Of a stretch of 64,000 nucleotides of DNA, positions 23,614 to 36,117 are shown one piece after another. Below the pieces are notes generated by a model. It made no database searches. It was given only the letters and a program-made list of their open reading frames with translations, and was not told the DNA's origin. Every line of letters begins with the position of its first letter. Position 1 is the first letter of the stretch. This DNA is from Selaginella moellendorffii. Taxonomy: Eukaryota; Plantae; Lycopodiophyta. Both the position numbers and the translations under genes were made by a program. The DNA is taken from the NCBI RefSeq assembly GCF_000143415.4, contig NW_003314330.1, forward strand, positions 968,228 to 1,032,227. The letters run 5' to 3'.

Positions 23614-26600
23614 ATACTAATACAGGCAATTGGGTGAAAGCCCAAAGCGATCGTCCCCCAGGGGGCGGGGGGGGGTTGCGGGGGGTTCCAAAAGTATAGT
23701 AGGGAGAGTGTGGGGGTTGGAGCCCAGTGGAGCCAGTTTGGCCAAGAAAGGCTAGTTTGGCCCAGGAAAGGCCATACCCAGTGTTGGGTGATGAACTGAC
23801 CATTGGGAAGTCCAAGACTAGAATGAATATGGACTGACAAGCAGGGTAGCTTAGTGAAGTGTTCAAGAGCCGGCTCTAGTTTCCCCGGGAGATCGACTGG
23901 CTGATACTCCCAGTCCAAGTGTGGGTGGCACTACCTACTTGGATACCAAGCGTGGCTCAATGGAACCTTGCTCTAAGCCCATGGCTAGAGCATCCAAAGG
24001 CGGAAGGCAGGGAGAGTACCCATGAGGCCTGTGTAGGGCCACGGTGTTCCGGAATGTTGTCCCAAAGGCCTAGACTGTGGAGAGGAAGAGGAGTAGTCCT
24101 CTGGTGTAGTGACCAAGGATACAGTCGAGTGGTGAGGAAGTCCCAGAGGACCGTGGGACTTAGTGGTCAGGCCTGTGGGCCTTGATCCAATGGCAGTGTT
24201 GGCAAACATGGCCATGGGCAGAAAGCGACTTAGTGAAGACCGGAAAAGGGATATTGGGGAAGGTTATTCCTCTTGTTTGTGGGCATCCTAAGGATGCTAA
24301 GGAGTGGATCTGGAATGATCACTCATGGACGGATGGCCCAATCTTTGAGAGACAGGATGATGGTGTAGGTGGTGTCAGACCATCGGTGGGACCAAGTGAA
24401 TGGGCATGGCCTTAGCGTAACGGGCTGATGTGTTGGTGGTACTTTGGGGTGTCGATCATGGGACCGGACACGTGGAGCACTGGGACCAAGTGCAAAGGTT
24501 GAGTGGCATGGATGCCATTCTCGAGGCTAGCAAGCCCCAAGTCCTGAGTGGGACTTATGGAGGTTATGAATGAGACTCCTCCAAGTGGTCGGAGGTGTGG
24601 TTAAGTGACTAAAGTAGAGAGGAAAAATTTAGTCACTTACAACTTGGTATCGGAACTATTCCTTAGTCCAACTCTTATTAGTGGCCAAGTATATCACCGC
24701 TTGTATTGGAATCGGAAGGTCCTAGATATGGACCTATCCTTGAGGAGTAGCATGTCAAAAGGACATGGCTCTCCACTCAAGTTCATGCATGAACTTGTGC
24801 ACGGTATGGTGGATGGAAAAGGGCCAGTAAGGGAACGACTTTGGGATCTTGGGAACAGTATAAGGGTTTCCTCAGAAAGCTGAGGATGTGATCCAAATGA
24901 GCATTTGACGCAGCAAACGAGCTAATGTAGTTGTGGTAAACAACTATAGTTGGGATCACAGGAAAGATGCAGACTCCAAAACAATAAAGGAGTCACAAGA
25001 TTACCCTTATATGGTTGAGGCTGGTACTCATAAATTTGAGACCGGAATTGTTGACCGTGGGAGGTCAAATACAGAAGAGGACACCAGTCCTTGAAATGGT
25101 AGCCGGGGCTACCTCTAATAAATGTTGGAACAACCCAAGGAGTTGGGGGTGTACTTAAAGATGAGTTGCTATTCTCATCACATGGACAAGTAGTCCTAAG
25201 GGGCAAAGGTTAGCCCCAAGAAAATCATCAAGTGTCAGAGTAACACTTGCAAAAATTGTCCTTGTGAGTAGGACATGAATACAAGGAGTTGTATTCCAGT
25301 GAGTTGGCACCTCTAAGACTGAGACCTCGCAGATTGTTGGATTAGCAAAGTCCAAAATGCTGGATGACTCAAGCAGAGTCAGGGAATGGTCCTAAAGGAT
25401 TGGTTGGAGCATTTGGATAAGGTGTATGGTGCCCCATGAGGTATGGGGAGGATCATAAGATCCAAGTATGAGAACAGTAAGTATCTCATTGATGGCAGAA
25501 TGTGCCATACTAAAGTTGTGGGAAAGATGTTCCCAGAAGAAAGCAACTTTGGCCCAGAGTTGGGTGCAAACATTATGGTGCGATGCTAACGGATAGTTAG
25601 CATGAGGAACAACTATATTGATCTTGGCAAAGACCTAGACACTAATAAGTAGTGTCATAAGGGTAGGCTCATAGGGCCGATGGTGTGGAGACACTAAATG
25701 TGCCAAGGTGTGATACCTTGAGGTTATGATGGTAGGTTCATAAGAACCCCTTGCCAAGGGAATCCTAACGGAAGCGGGAATGGCATGGCCTAAGCTGGAA
25801 GGCATGCGGTTGGAGTGTGGTGACCCAGATAATGATGGAGGTGTGGAAGCACCAAACAATGAGTCGTAGGACTTGACAACTATGGGGCAACTAAGCAAGA
25901 GGTGCAAGATAATTGGTTAAATGGGTAGAAGGTAGCTACTCAAGACTTCTTAATGGCATAAGGAAATTACATGTACCCTTACGGGGGATAAATTGCTTAT
26001 GTTGCGATATAGCAAATCAATATCATAAACAGGAATGCTCATTGTCAGGAGGCCATCATTGGGACACCCAAGCACTCTAGAACACCAGGAGGTGGTGTTT
26101 CGTGTCGCAAGGGCAATAAATAAGGCCCAAGGGACTAAGTCCCTAGCGAATGATGGATAGTAGGTGCTATCCAAATGTCCAAGGTTGTGGAGATAGAAGA
26201 AGACTGTCTACCCGAATTGGACAAAGCCAAAAATGGAATTTTGGCAAGGCTAGTGATGGGTATGTAAAGGCCCATAAGCAGCAACGTTAATCCCGATGTG
26301 TGGGATTATAAAGTGAGCATGCCCAAGATTGAGGAACCACTCCCTAGGCTATCAGGTAGGTTCATCCCTAAGAATACTTGTTAAGGCATAGTAAAATGTG
26401 CAAAGCTATCCTCCTAGTCTGGAGGAGAATAACCAAAGGAAACATATGGGGCCAAAAGGCAAGTAGTATTGGGATGGAACTAAACCATAGAAATCGAAAG
26501 GCATATCCAATGGTGGTTATGCAAGTTGGGAGTGGAGAATCAAGAGGGTGCTCGAGGATGTTGTTACTTGCAACCATATGGAAAGTCTAAAATATGGAAT

Positions 26601-27154
26601 TGTCCATGTTAGACTATATGGCAACTATAAAGCTTGCGAAAAGGGAGGCCTTAGCAAGCTAAGGGACAGAGTTCCTTCAAGGTTCCCAAAGACGATTCTA
26701 GGTAGTTTAGTACCTAGGAAGGCCAAGTGTAAATGGTTCATAAAACGCGCGAAATCAGAGTGGCGCAGCAGAAGCGTGGTCTTGAAGCTTGCCATGAGGC
26801 AAGGCTCTCAAGGTTAGGGAAGTAGTTCCCGAGTGTTCAAAAAGAGGGCTTTGAACGAAAGTTGATAGTCAAGGACTTTCACGCTTATGCATGAACCATG
26901 TTACGATAGCCGGATGACTTGCCAAGCGAGATTAGCAAGTCGGGGGAACAAATACCCTAGTTGAAAGTGATAACTTCAAAAAGGGTGGGCCATGGGGCCA
27001 AGCATGGAGGAGTCCATGCATGATCACAGACTTGTCAAGTGAGAGGACTTGGCAGTGTGGAGGAACTAGGTTCCTAAGCTATGATCTGTAGCACGCTTTA
27101 AGTATAAGTTGGTGCACTGGCGTGATGAGTCACGCTAGGCATCCTGGGTAATGC

Positions 27155-27526
27155 CATCCGTAGATGCATATACGGAGGTTGGGTTCGAGTCCCGACCCTC
27201 TAATGCTGGGGTTCGAGTCCCAAATCACTAGGGCGTAGTGATGGTTTGGAATATGAGGACACTCATATTTCGGTGGTCATGGACTCTCAGTGAGGAGACT
27301 GGCTTGGGCACACCGCCAAGCGGGGGATGCTCCGGAGTCGTGATACACAGTTAAATTGCTTAGTGTGGCTTGGCATATCTAACTTGAACACTTTGGTGCG
27401 AGTGGCACCAAGGACGTGGTGAATGAGATGGGGACACCCAGTCTCAGTTGCTATGGACCCTTGGCCGGAAGGGCTAGCTTGAGCACACCGCCAAGTGTGG
27501 GGGATGCCCCCGGGGTCATGGTCAAC
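27155..27526 (+). ncRNA. Same putative structured RNA in the LARD internal region, with the pseudoknot module duplicated
   Basis: GGTTGGG-TTCGAGT-CCCGACC hairpin; a second GGG-TTCGAGT-CCC; two modules with the invariant loop GCACACCG. Confidence 0.6.
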
Positions 27527-29266
27527 AAGTTAAAGGTTTGGGAGACCTAGTACCTATTGGCAAACCTGTTAAGGTATTAAGATTAGATCACTAGGTGATC
27601 GTATGGCTAAACAAGGACGAAATCCTTTTGAGGTTAAGGAACAAGGTTCCTAGGTCAAAACGTTGATTTAAACTATTGATAATGGTGTGGCTTGGTCAAG
27701 AAGGACACCTAAGGGAATTGAACTACGACGATACAATGATATTATGAGTTCAAAAAAGTAGTCTCTAGAAAGGACCTATGGGAGGGTCACAATGTTGGGC
27801 CGTGGAAGGGGCCCATAGCAGAAGTTGCTACCCTTTGGACTTGGCAAAGTGGAATTTTGCCATGGAACCAAAAGAATACCTCAAGGAGGGAGGTAGTGAT
27901 CCTTTGTTGCTTGATGCAACAATCAATGGATAGGAGCAAAAGACTAGTGGCCAAGTTTGGGCCATGGAATTTAATGGGAGGAATCCAAATGGCAAAGTTA
28001 GCCAAGGAACACTAATGTGTTTGATACTAACGGATTGCGGGAAAGGAAGTGGACTTCCAAGGTTAGATTCCTAAGTGCTCCAATTTAGCAAAGTAAAAGC
28101 TTCAAGTGAGGAGCAGCAAAGTAGCCAAAGGATAGGGCTGTGGACAGCCCTGACACAAATGATAATAATTGGAACATAGTGCCAAGGGTGGCACAAAATA
28201 AAAAAGAGGATGATGGTGCCCTCAAGTAGAGAACTTCCTAGGATAGGGAAGTGGACTTGCACAATATGTGCAATGCAAAGTGTCAGAGACACCTAGGAAA
28301 TTGACTTCAAGAAGTCAAAAGTAAACGTTCCAAAGTGCAAAGGTTATGTCGATAGAATCTGAGACTACTCGAGAATGAGTAGTGGAATTGAGTTAGAGAA
28401 GGTGTCTCTAACAAGTTTAGCGAGAACTGAACCAATAAAAGGGAGCAAACCACCCCAGGTGGCCGAATGAGTCTCTATGTTGGAGAGACTATGCCCCTTA
28501 GAGGATAGACAAGGCATGGTGAGCCTTTGGTGTCAAACCATAGACAAATATTGGCTGGGTGCCAAGGATGGAACTGGTAATACATGCGGGTGTTACTTTA
28601 TAAGAGGGTTTACCATTCGATGAGGACATCGAACTTCGTCTATGGGTGGTGGAGTTGTGAGACACAAAATCCCTAAGCCCCAAAGTGGAGCTGGAAGGGT
28701 GCCATGTGGTGGTGGCTGAAGCGAAAACCAAACGAGCGTAACACGTTTGGACCAAAAAACTCCGACTTGAAAAGGTCGAGAGTGGGAGTGGAATTCCTAA
28801 CGAAGTGCTCGAGGAACGAGCACGAAGTGAGCAATAAGCGAGGCTCCAAAAAAGGACCCAAAAGGACCAACACATGACACGAGGAAGTGTCCAAAATGGA
28901 CCCGAGTTGGGGTCTGAAGTGGAGTCCGAGATGGAGTCCAAGGTGGAGTCCGAGATGGAGTCCGAGATGGACCCGAGATGGAGTCCGAGATGGACCCAAG
29001 ATGGAGTCCGAGATGGACCCGAGATGGACCCGAGATGGAGTCCGAGATGGAGTCCAAGATGAAGTCCGAGATGGACCCGAGATGGAGTCTGAGATGGACC
29101 CGAGATGGAGTTTGAGATGAACCCGAGATGGACCTGAGATGGAGTCCGAGATGGAGTCCAAGATGGACCCGAGATGGAGTCCAAGATGGAGTCCGAGATG
29201 GAACCGAGACCGAGGCCAAGACCGAGACCGAGATCGAGTCCGAGTCCGAAATCGGGACCGAGACCG

Positions 29267-29366
29267 NNNNNNNNNNNNNNNNNNNNNNNNNNNNNNNNNN
29301 NNNNNNNNNNNNNNNNNNNNNNNNNNNNNNNNNNNNNNNNNNNNNNNNNNNNNNNNNNNNNNNNNN
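29267..29366. other. Assembly gap (100 N)
   Basis: N run. Confidence 1.
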
Positions 29367-31134
29367 TTTTTTTTGGGGGGGGGGGGGGGGCTGCAGGGGG
29401 TTCCAAAAGTGTTAGTAGGGAGAGTGTGGGGGTTGGAGTCCTAGTGGAGCCAGTTTAGCCAGGAAAGGCCAGTTTGGCCCAGGAAGGCCATACCTAGTGT
29501 TAGGTGATGAACTAACCACTGGGAAGTCCAAGACTAGAGTGAATACAGACCAACAAGCAAGGTAGCTTAGTGAAGTGTTCAAGAGCCGGCTCTAGTTCCC
29601 CTGGGAGATTGACTGGCCGATACTCCCAGTCCAAGTGTGGGTGGCACTACCTACTTGGATACCAGGCGTGGCTCAATGGAACCTTGCTCTAAGCCCATGG
29701 CTAGAGCACCCAAAGGCGGAAGGCGGGGAGAGTACCCATGAGGCCCGCATAGGGCCACGGTGTTCCGGAATGTTGTCCCAAAGGCCCAGACTGTGGAGAG
29801 GAAGAGGAGTAGTCCTCTGGTGTAGTGACCAAGGATACAGTCGAGTGGTGAGGAAGTCCCAGAGGACCGTGGGACTTAGTGGTCAGGCCTGTGGGCCTCG
29901 ATCCAGTGGCAGTGTTGGCGAACACGGCCATGGGTAGAAAGGGACTTAATGAAGACTGGAAAAGGGATATTGGGGAAGGCTATTCCCTTTGTCTGTGGGC
30001 ATCCTAAGGATGCTAAGGAGTGGATCTTGAATGATCACTCATGGACGGATGGCCTAGTCTTTGAGAGACGGGACTGTGGTGTAGGTGGTGTCAGACCACC
30101 GATGGGACCAAGGTGAATGGGCATGGCCTTAGCGTAATGAGCTGATGTGTCGGTGGTACTTTCGGGTGTCGATCATGGGACCGGACATGTGGAGCACTGG
30201 GACCAACTGCAAATGTTGAATGGCATGGATGCCATTCTCGAGGCTAGCAAGCCCCAAGTCCTGAGTGGGACTTATGGAGGTTGTGAATAAGACTCCTCCA
30301 AGTGGTCAGAGGTGTGGTTAAGTGGCTAAAGTAGAGAGGAAAAATTTAGTCGCTTACAGTAAATTGGCAAATTGGAAAGGAAACATTTGAGGCTTACACC
30401 CTCTTGGTCGGATTCGATGAAGGCTTGCTGGGCTGGGCATTTGTGGATGGATGGATCGCTCCATAGCAGTAGGAGAACCAGCAAAGCAGTGGAGATGTAG
30501 TGGCGATGGCAATAGCCGCAGCAGCATTAGAAATCTAGCCCCACGAGTGCAATTGCCATTGGAATCACCGAACGGATTGGGATTCCAGCTGAACGTGGTC
30601 GAGACCAACAATGCTAGATCTGCACCGACTCACCTTGGATTCTAGAAATCTAGCAGCGTAGCGGCAATGCACCTGGCGCCATCAATCGATCTCCTCTGCG
30701 GGCAAATATCTGATAAGTAGTGGAATATTTTGGTTCCCATGAATCTAGGCCATCTATCAGCGAGTGTGCCTCTTAATCGTGTCACTTGGAAACAAGCCCA
30801 GCTTAGAAGACACACAATTTTTTCTAGTTACGTGTTTGTCATCTCAAGACACTTAAAAGAGGATTACAAGGACGACGAAAGCCAATATAATATACACTAC
30901 ACCCCTTTTTGTCCAACTATGTACCTCACATACACACATGCTTTGTAAGTACATTTTTTAGAAGCTTTTCATTGGCATCGAAGGGGCCTCCTCATATACA
31001 TTGTCCTCAAAATATGTTAAGGGAAGAAAAAAAACGAAGAAGAACACTAATAGTAAGAGACCTGGTGTAAGCAAAAAGATGGATGCCCCCCTCCCTCCCC
31101 CTAAGTAGTGTTGTTGTTACATCGTCAATGTAGC

Positions 31135-32069
31135 GACAGTTTGACCACATGCCGCAGAGGGATTCGGTATCACAGACCGCCATGGTTGCAGATTATGCCC
31201 AATGCGGGCATCTTGAACTTGCGACGCGATTGTTACAGGAGATGCCTCGGCACAATCTTCTGTGTTGGAATGCAATCCTCTTGGCGACCGCTGCCGAGGT
31301 CCGGATAAGCAGAGAAAGTCAGATCTTTGAGGAAATGCCCGAGTAAGACATCGTTTCTTGGAGCACGTTGCTTTTGGCATATGCCCAGAACGGTCTCTTG
31401 GACGAAGCCAAGCAAACTTTTGGACTGATGCCTCAGCACAACTCCACGTCTTCGACAGCCATGCTTGCGTCGTATGCGCAGCACAAGCAGCTGCGAGAGT
31501 CCAAGGTTTTTTTCGACGACATGCTGGAACGCGACGTGGTTTCGTGGACTGCGATGCTTGCAGCGTATGCTCACAATGGTCACGTCAGGCATTCCGAAAG
31601 GCTGTTTGAGTCGCTTCCCGAACGGGACACCATCTGCTGGAGCGCTATGCTTGCCGCTCTTGTTCAAAACGGGCTCTACTTGGAAGCTTTTGTTGTTTTT
31701 GACGAGATCAAGATGGCGGGATCAATTGACAAGGTGTGTTTTGTATCGATCTTGCTTGCAGCCAGGGAGGGAAGGTTTCCACTGCAAAATCGCTCTTCGT
31801 CTCGATGAGTCTTGGTTTTGGGTTTCAACCGAGCAAGCAGCACTATTGCTGCACGATTCTTTGGGCAAGCCGGGCATTTGGAAAATGCGCAAGACCTTGT
31901 GGCTAACATGCCATATGTACCAGATTCGATTCAGTGGAGGTGCTTGTTTGGAGCAAGCCGAAGTAACAATGATGCTCAACATGGAGCTTCGGTTGCTAGG
32001 GAAATAATCGGACTAGATAAAGAACATTCTGCTTCATATGAGCTTTTTGCCAACTTGATAAGGTTGTAG
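31135..32069 (+). pseudogene. 5'-truncated PPR copy 2
   Basis: Matches 5595-6537; in-frame TAA at 31344-46 and frameshifts near 31750 and 31855. Confidence 0.9.
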
Positions 32070-32233
32070 ATTTTTTATTTATCCGTCATTTAGGCCCTTT
32101 AGTTTAAATAAATTGTAAATCTATAACTTTTACATTTTATTGGTAATCTCGCCATACATTTTGTAAGTACCCCAAGAATAGGTGAATATAACAATGTTCT
32201 GTGTTTTCTGAAACAGATTATTTGAAAAATATT

Positions 32234-33406
32234 ATGGCTGGTGTGAGAGCAATGGTGGATTTGGGTATAGATCATGTACCAAATGAATATTTGACATCCA
32301 TATGCAAAGGCATAACCATCAAAGCTCCAAACAACCTCCCAATTATTGACTTAAGTGGCATAGATAGTGATGATTTGAAAAGAAAATCAGCAGCTGAAGA
32401 AATTCATCTAGCATGCCAGAAATGGGGTTTTTTCCAGGTAAACAATCTCTTCTGAAATACTTTGCAAATTGTTCTAGTCAGGTCATCGGCCATGGGATAT
32501 CTAACGAGCTTATGCAAGACATCATCAAAATGGTCCATTACTTCTTTAACTTGCCTGCCAAGGAAAGGATGGTTTACTACTCAACAGATATCTACAAGAG
32601 CTTTAGATTCTCCACAGGATCCATAGCAAGTGCAAGTAAAAAGTTTTGGAGCGACTATTTGTTCCAGCACTGTCAGCCAGCAGTTCACGAGGATGATCTA
32701 CCAGAAAGTATTCCAAATTACAGGTACAAACTTTCCTTTAACAGATTTTTTTTTTCTCTCTGTTTTAACACTATATATTAACTATAACAAAGGAAAATTA
32801 CAAGCAATTACGCCAAGGCTGTGGACGAACTTGCCAGAAAACTGCTGCGAATTATTGCTCAAAACCTTGGTCTAGGTTGGCAGATCCTGGAGAAACACTT
32901 GGATCCTCCCAAGCAAACCATGAAGATGACATATTATCCACAGTGACCATGCCCTGATCAAGCAATTGGCATAGGTTGCCATGCTGATCCAGGAACCATA
33001 ACGGTATTACAACAAGAACTTGGAGTTGAGGGCCTTGAGGTTAACTACAATGGCCAATGGATTCCTGTGAAGCCAGTTGAAGGCGCATTAGTCATTAATG
33101 TAGCAGACATGCTCCAGGTGAAATAATTTGATGACATTTTCTATGAGCTCTTAGTTTCCCTCTTACAGATACTAAGCAACAATAAATATAAGAGTGCGAG
33201 TTCTAGTGAACACTAAGAGGCCACGAGTTTCAATTGCTTCATTTTATGGTCCTACAGGTGATAAACATATTGCCCCACTGGAGGAGTTGCTAGGTGACAA
33301 TCCTCCCATGTTCAAAGCATGCTTGTTCAGAGAGTACATGGACAACTTCTACAAGAACCACCTTGGGACGCGAAACATTGAGAAGCTCAGAATCCTAAAC
33401 AACTGA
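32234..33406 (+). pseudogene. 2OG dioxygenase copy 2
   Basis: TGT->TGA at 32944-46; an 8-bp deletion (GAGCATCG) removes the distal iron-binding His. Confidence 0.9.
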
Positions 33407-33697
33407 TGATAGGAAATATATTGTCATGATAATACATTAATCCGATCCTATTATGATTAATACTACTAAGGCTGACATGACTGTGGCATTCCATCTGAAA
33501 GCTGTCTTACAACAGAGTTCGTGCAGTTCATATATCATATTCCTTCACGGGACTCTTGTTTGCATGTTTCTGTCCAAGAAGGCTGCATGATCAAATACAA
33601 AGCAAAGGCTGCACAACATTTCCCGTCTACACAAGGAGTTTCTTCTTCTCTTGGTAGCAGTCGATTATAGCAAGGGAGAGAGTTTCAGAGCTGTGCA

Positions 33698-34380
33698 ATG
33701 GGTGCATTGTTGAGATCCTTCGTTGTTCTCCTGGTATACAGATTAGCTCATTACTCCACTCCATTGATGTTTCTTCGATCCATTCCCAGTGATGAATTTT
33801 GTTATTTTCTCGTAGCTTGTCGTCGTCGCGGTGGAAGCGCGCTCCTGGTCTCCGCTCTACGGCACCAACGCGGGTGTGGGATTCAACGACACGAGTTCTT
33901 CCTCGGCGATCAAAACGCTCACCGGAATCCGCGTACGCTATGGCTGGGTGATCGACGGCATCCAGGGACAATACACCACCGGCAGCTCTTCAACCTGGAT
34001 GCCTAACCACGGCACAACCACGCAATTCACAGAGGTCAGTCGCCCAAAAGAACCAAAATGAGCGTTTCTAGTTTCAATCATTCCATTCCATGACGCAGAT
34101 CCAAGTCGCCTATCCGTCCGAGAGGTTCGTGCGCGCCACCGGCAAGTACGGGCCGTACAGAAGCGAGAAGAACCAGGGGGTCACGGTGACGGAGCTGTCG
34201 TTCGTCACGTACAACAACATCACCGGCAAGAGCGTCACGTACGGCCCCTACGGCGGGCATGGGATGAGCGGCCAGACGAGCTTCCAGACGGCGGACGCGA
34301 GCGAGATCGTGGGCTTGTATGGATTCACCTCGGACTACATGCGCGGGATTGGTTTCGCGCTCGAGCGTACCAAGAACTAG
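33698..34380 (+). CDS. Signal-peptide-bearing jacalin-related lectin, copy 2
   Basis: Same three-exon structure as copy 1; frames open. Confidence 0.8.
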
Positions 34381-34683
34381 AAACTTGGCATCATGCCATG
34401 AATCTATCTATCTACTTACAATTGTTGATTTATAGTTGAATTTGAGAATGTAACCTCTGTTTCATCAGTCTTAATAAATACTCCACTTTGATAAAAAAAA
34501 GTCAATGGAAGTCAAATAAAGGTGGAAATGAAATTGTTCGCCGGTACACTCCCCCCCCCTGGATTGATGGACTTACCATGAGAAAGTCTTTATTGACCTT
34601 CACAAATTGAGTTTGAGTTGAGTGTAATATTGTTATGAATTGAATATTTACTAATTCTTTCAGATATCAGTGCATAAACCATG

Positions 34684-35196
34684 TCAATATGGTTTCTGGC
34701 CTATATAATTTCCTGGTGGATCATAGTTGCAACTAACAAGGTAAGAATTCATACCATTGCACTGGACATAAGCGCATCCAACTCGAACAGAGTTCTTCCA
34801 CACAACCTGCGTGTAGTGTCCACAGACCTTCTCTGCCGCGCAAGTGTTTGACGCATAGTTGTAGTCGACTCGCTCGTTCACCCAGGCAGCCACAGCGTCA
34901 GTGGCGGGAGGAGCAGGCAAGCCGGGACTTCCCCACCACTTCCACAAATTCTCGCCATATTTCCCACCCGAGTGGATCAGCGCGCAGTTCTTTTGATCCC
35001 GGAGAGTTGCCGCCCAGCTTGATGCAAACGCGGCCACTGTATCGTTCCAAACCAACCCCGAGACATTCACAGCCGACCGAGCTGCGTTGTGCGCGTCGAC
35101 AAGATCACTCTGCTGGCTTGCTTGAAGAACAACCAAAGCATCACAAGAGAAGATCGCCAGAGTTGCAAAGAGGAGAGGAGAGCAAGGAGATTTCAT
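34684..35196 (-). CDS. PR1: PR-1/CAP protein, copy 2, intact
   Basis: Signal peptide, [20 protein letters not shown]-terminal [15 protein letters not shown]. Confidence 0.92.
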   Translation of the reverse strand: MKSPCSPLLFATLAIFSCDALVVLQASQQSDLVDAHNAARSAVNVSGLVWNDTVAAFASSWAATLRDQKNCALIHSGGKYGENLWKWWGSPGLPAPPATDAVAAWVNERVDYNYASNTCAAEKVCGHYTQVVWKNSVRVGCAYVQCNGMNSYLVSCNYDPPGNYIGQKPY

Positions 35197-36117
35197 GTTG
35201 CTGGGGCGATGTTCACAATCAAGAGCAAACTCCTACGTTTATATGCAAGGTCGTTGTTCTGATCGAGTTTTTCCACTTGTGGCGCCGACTTAGCGCTTGC
35301 GATTGTATACGATTTTTTGCTGCGACGGTGACCCATGAATCGAGTACGTTTTAGTTTGGTGCTCCATGACTTTAGCCGCCTCTTTTCCTTCCACTGCTCG
35401 AGGAGCTTCTCTTCTGGACACCCTCTGGATACAAATTCATGGATGGCAGTTTCCTCAAGCAACTTGAATCATCCACATGAATCCATTACCAACACTTTAG
35501 TGTTTGCGTGAACTAACTGTATCCCAAAAAATCTCACAAAGGATTCTATTTTGTATTCAAGGTGGTAGTGATGGTCTTTGATCGAATTCTTGGTTTTTTT
35601 TTTTTTAGCTTCTCTCAATTTTCCAGGATCGCAAGCTTTGGAGCATGGGGTGGCTCCAGCGATCCGAGTTCTCCGACCTCAAGGAGCGGAATTCGGGGCC
35701 CAAATGCCGGGCGTTCAAGGGGCAGGGGAAGATCCAGTGCCCCAGTTGTGATGGATCGTCCATGAGCAGCAGCAAGGAGCTCCAGATCATAGATGTGTGA
35801 TTGATAGTGTGTTGATAGTGTGCCCAAAATCTAGCCTGGCGCCAGCGCCGCATTCGTATCTGTGGTGCTTTTAGCGGACATCAGACAAATCTTCTTGCGG
35901 CTGGTTCTTATGATTGAACCATAGCTGTACAATGAGAGGTATCTCCACCTAATAGAGAGCTCTTGGCTTGGTCAATTAAAACTTGGATCTCTGTTTTAGT
36001 AGGAGACTCGGCCAGCCAAAGAAGCATGTTGTCCAAAGACGTTTTGTCTTAGCGTCCTAAAGACATCCATTTCTACTCTGGACCCATCGGCTCGTTGTAA
36101 ATCCCTACATATCGCTT

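Larger units (their letters stand above)
23052..30358 (+). mobile_element. Non-autonomous LTR element (LARD-like) inserted in the chromovirus 3' LTR
   Basis: LTRs 23052-24641 and 28656-30358; TSD GTAAA; PBS TGGTATCGGA; PPT TATGGGTGGTGGAGT. The ~4 kb internal region has no long ORF. Confidence 0.88.
13380..30398 (+). mobile_element. Ty3/gypsy chromovirus LTR retrotransposon, full length, defective, carrying nested insertions
   Basis: TG..CA ends with TSD CCCTC (13375-79 and 30399-403). 5' LTR 13380-14484; PBS TGGTATC at ~14488; PPT ATGGGTGGTGGAGT before the 3' LTR, which starts at 21265. Confidence 0.93.

Noticed and set aside
27119-27140. Hammerhead ribozyme core (TGATGAG)
   Set aside because: Lacks the C of CUGAUGA and a correctly placed GAAA; it is a simple hairpin GCGTGA/TCACGC.
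27150-27225. tRNA genes
   Set aside because: T-arms are present but I could not build acceptor, D and anticodon arms.
30862-30878. FLAG-tag-like GATTACAAGGACGACGA (DYKDD)
   Set aside because: Incomplete, no vector context; most likely chance.
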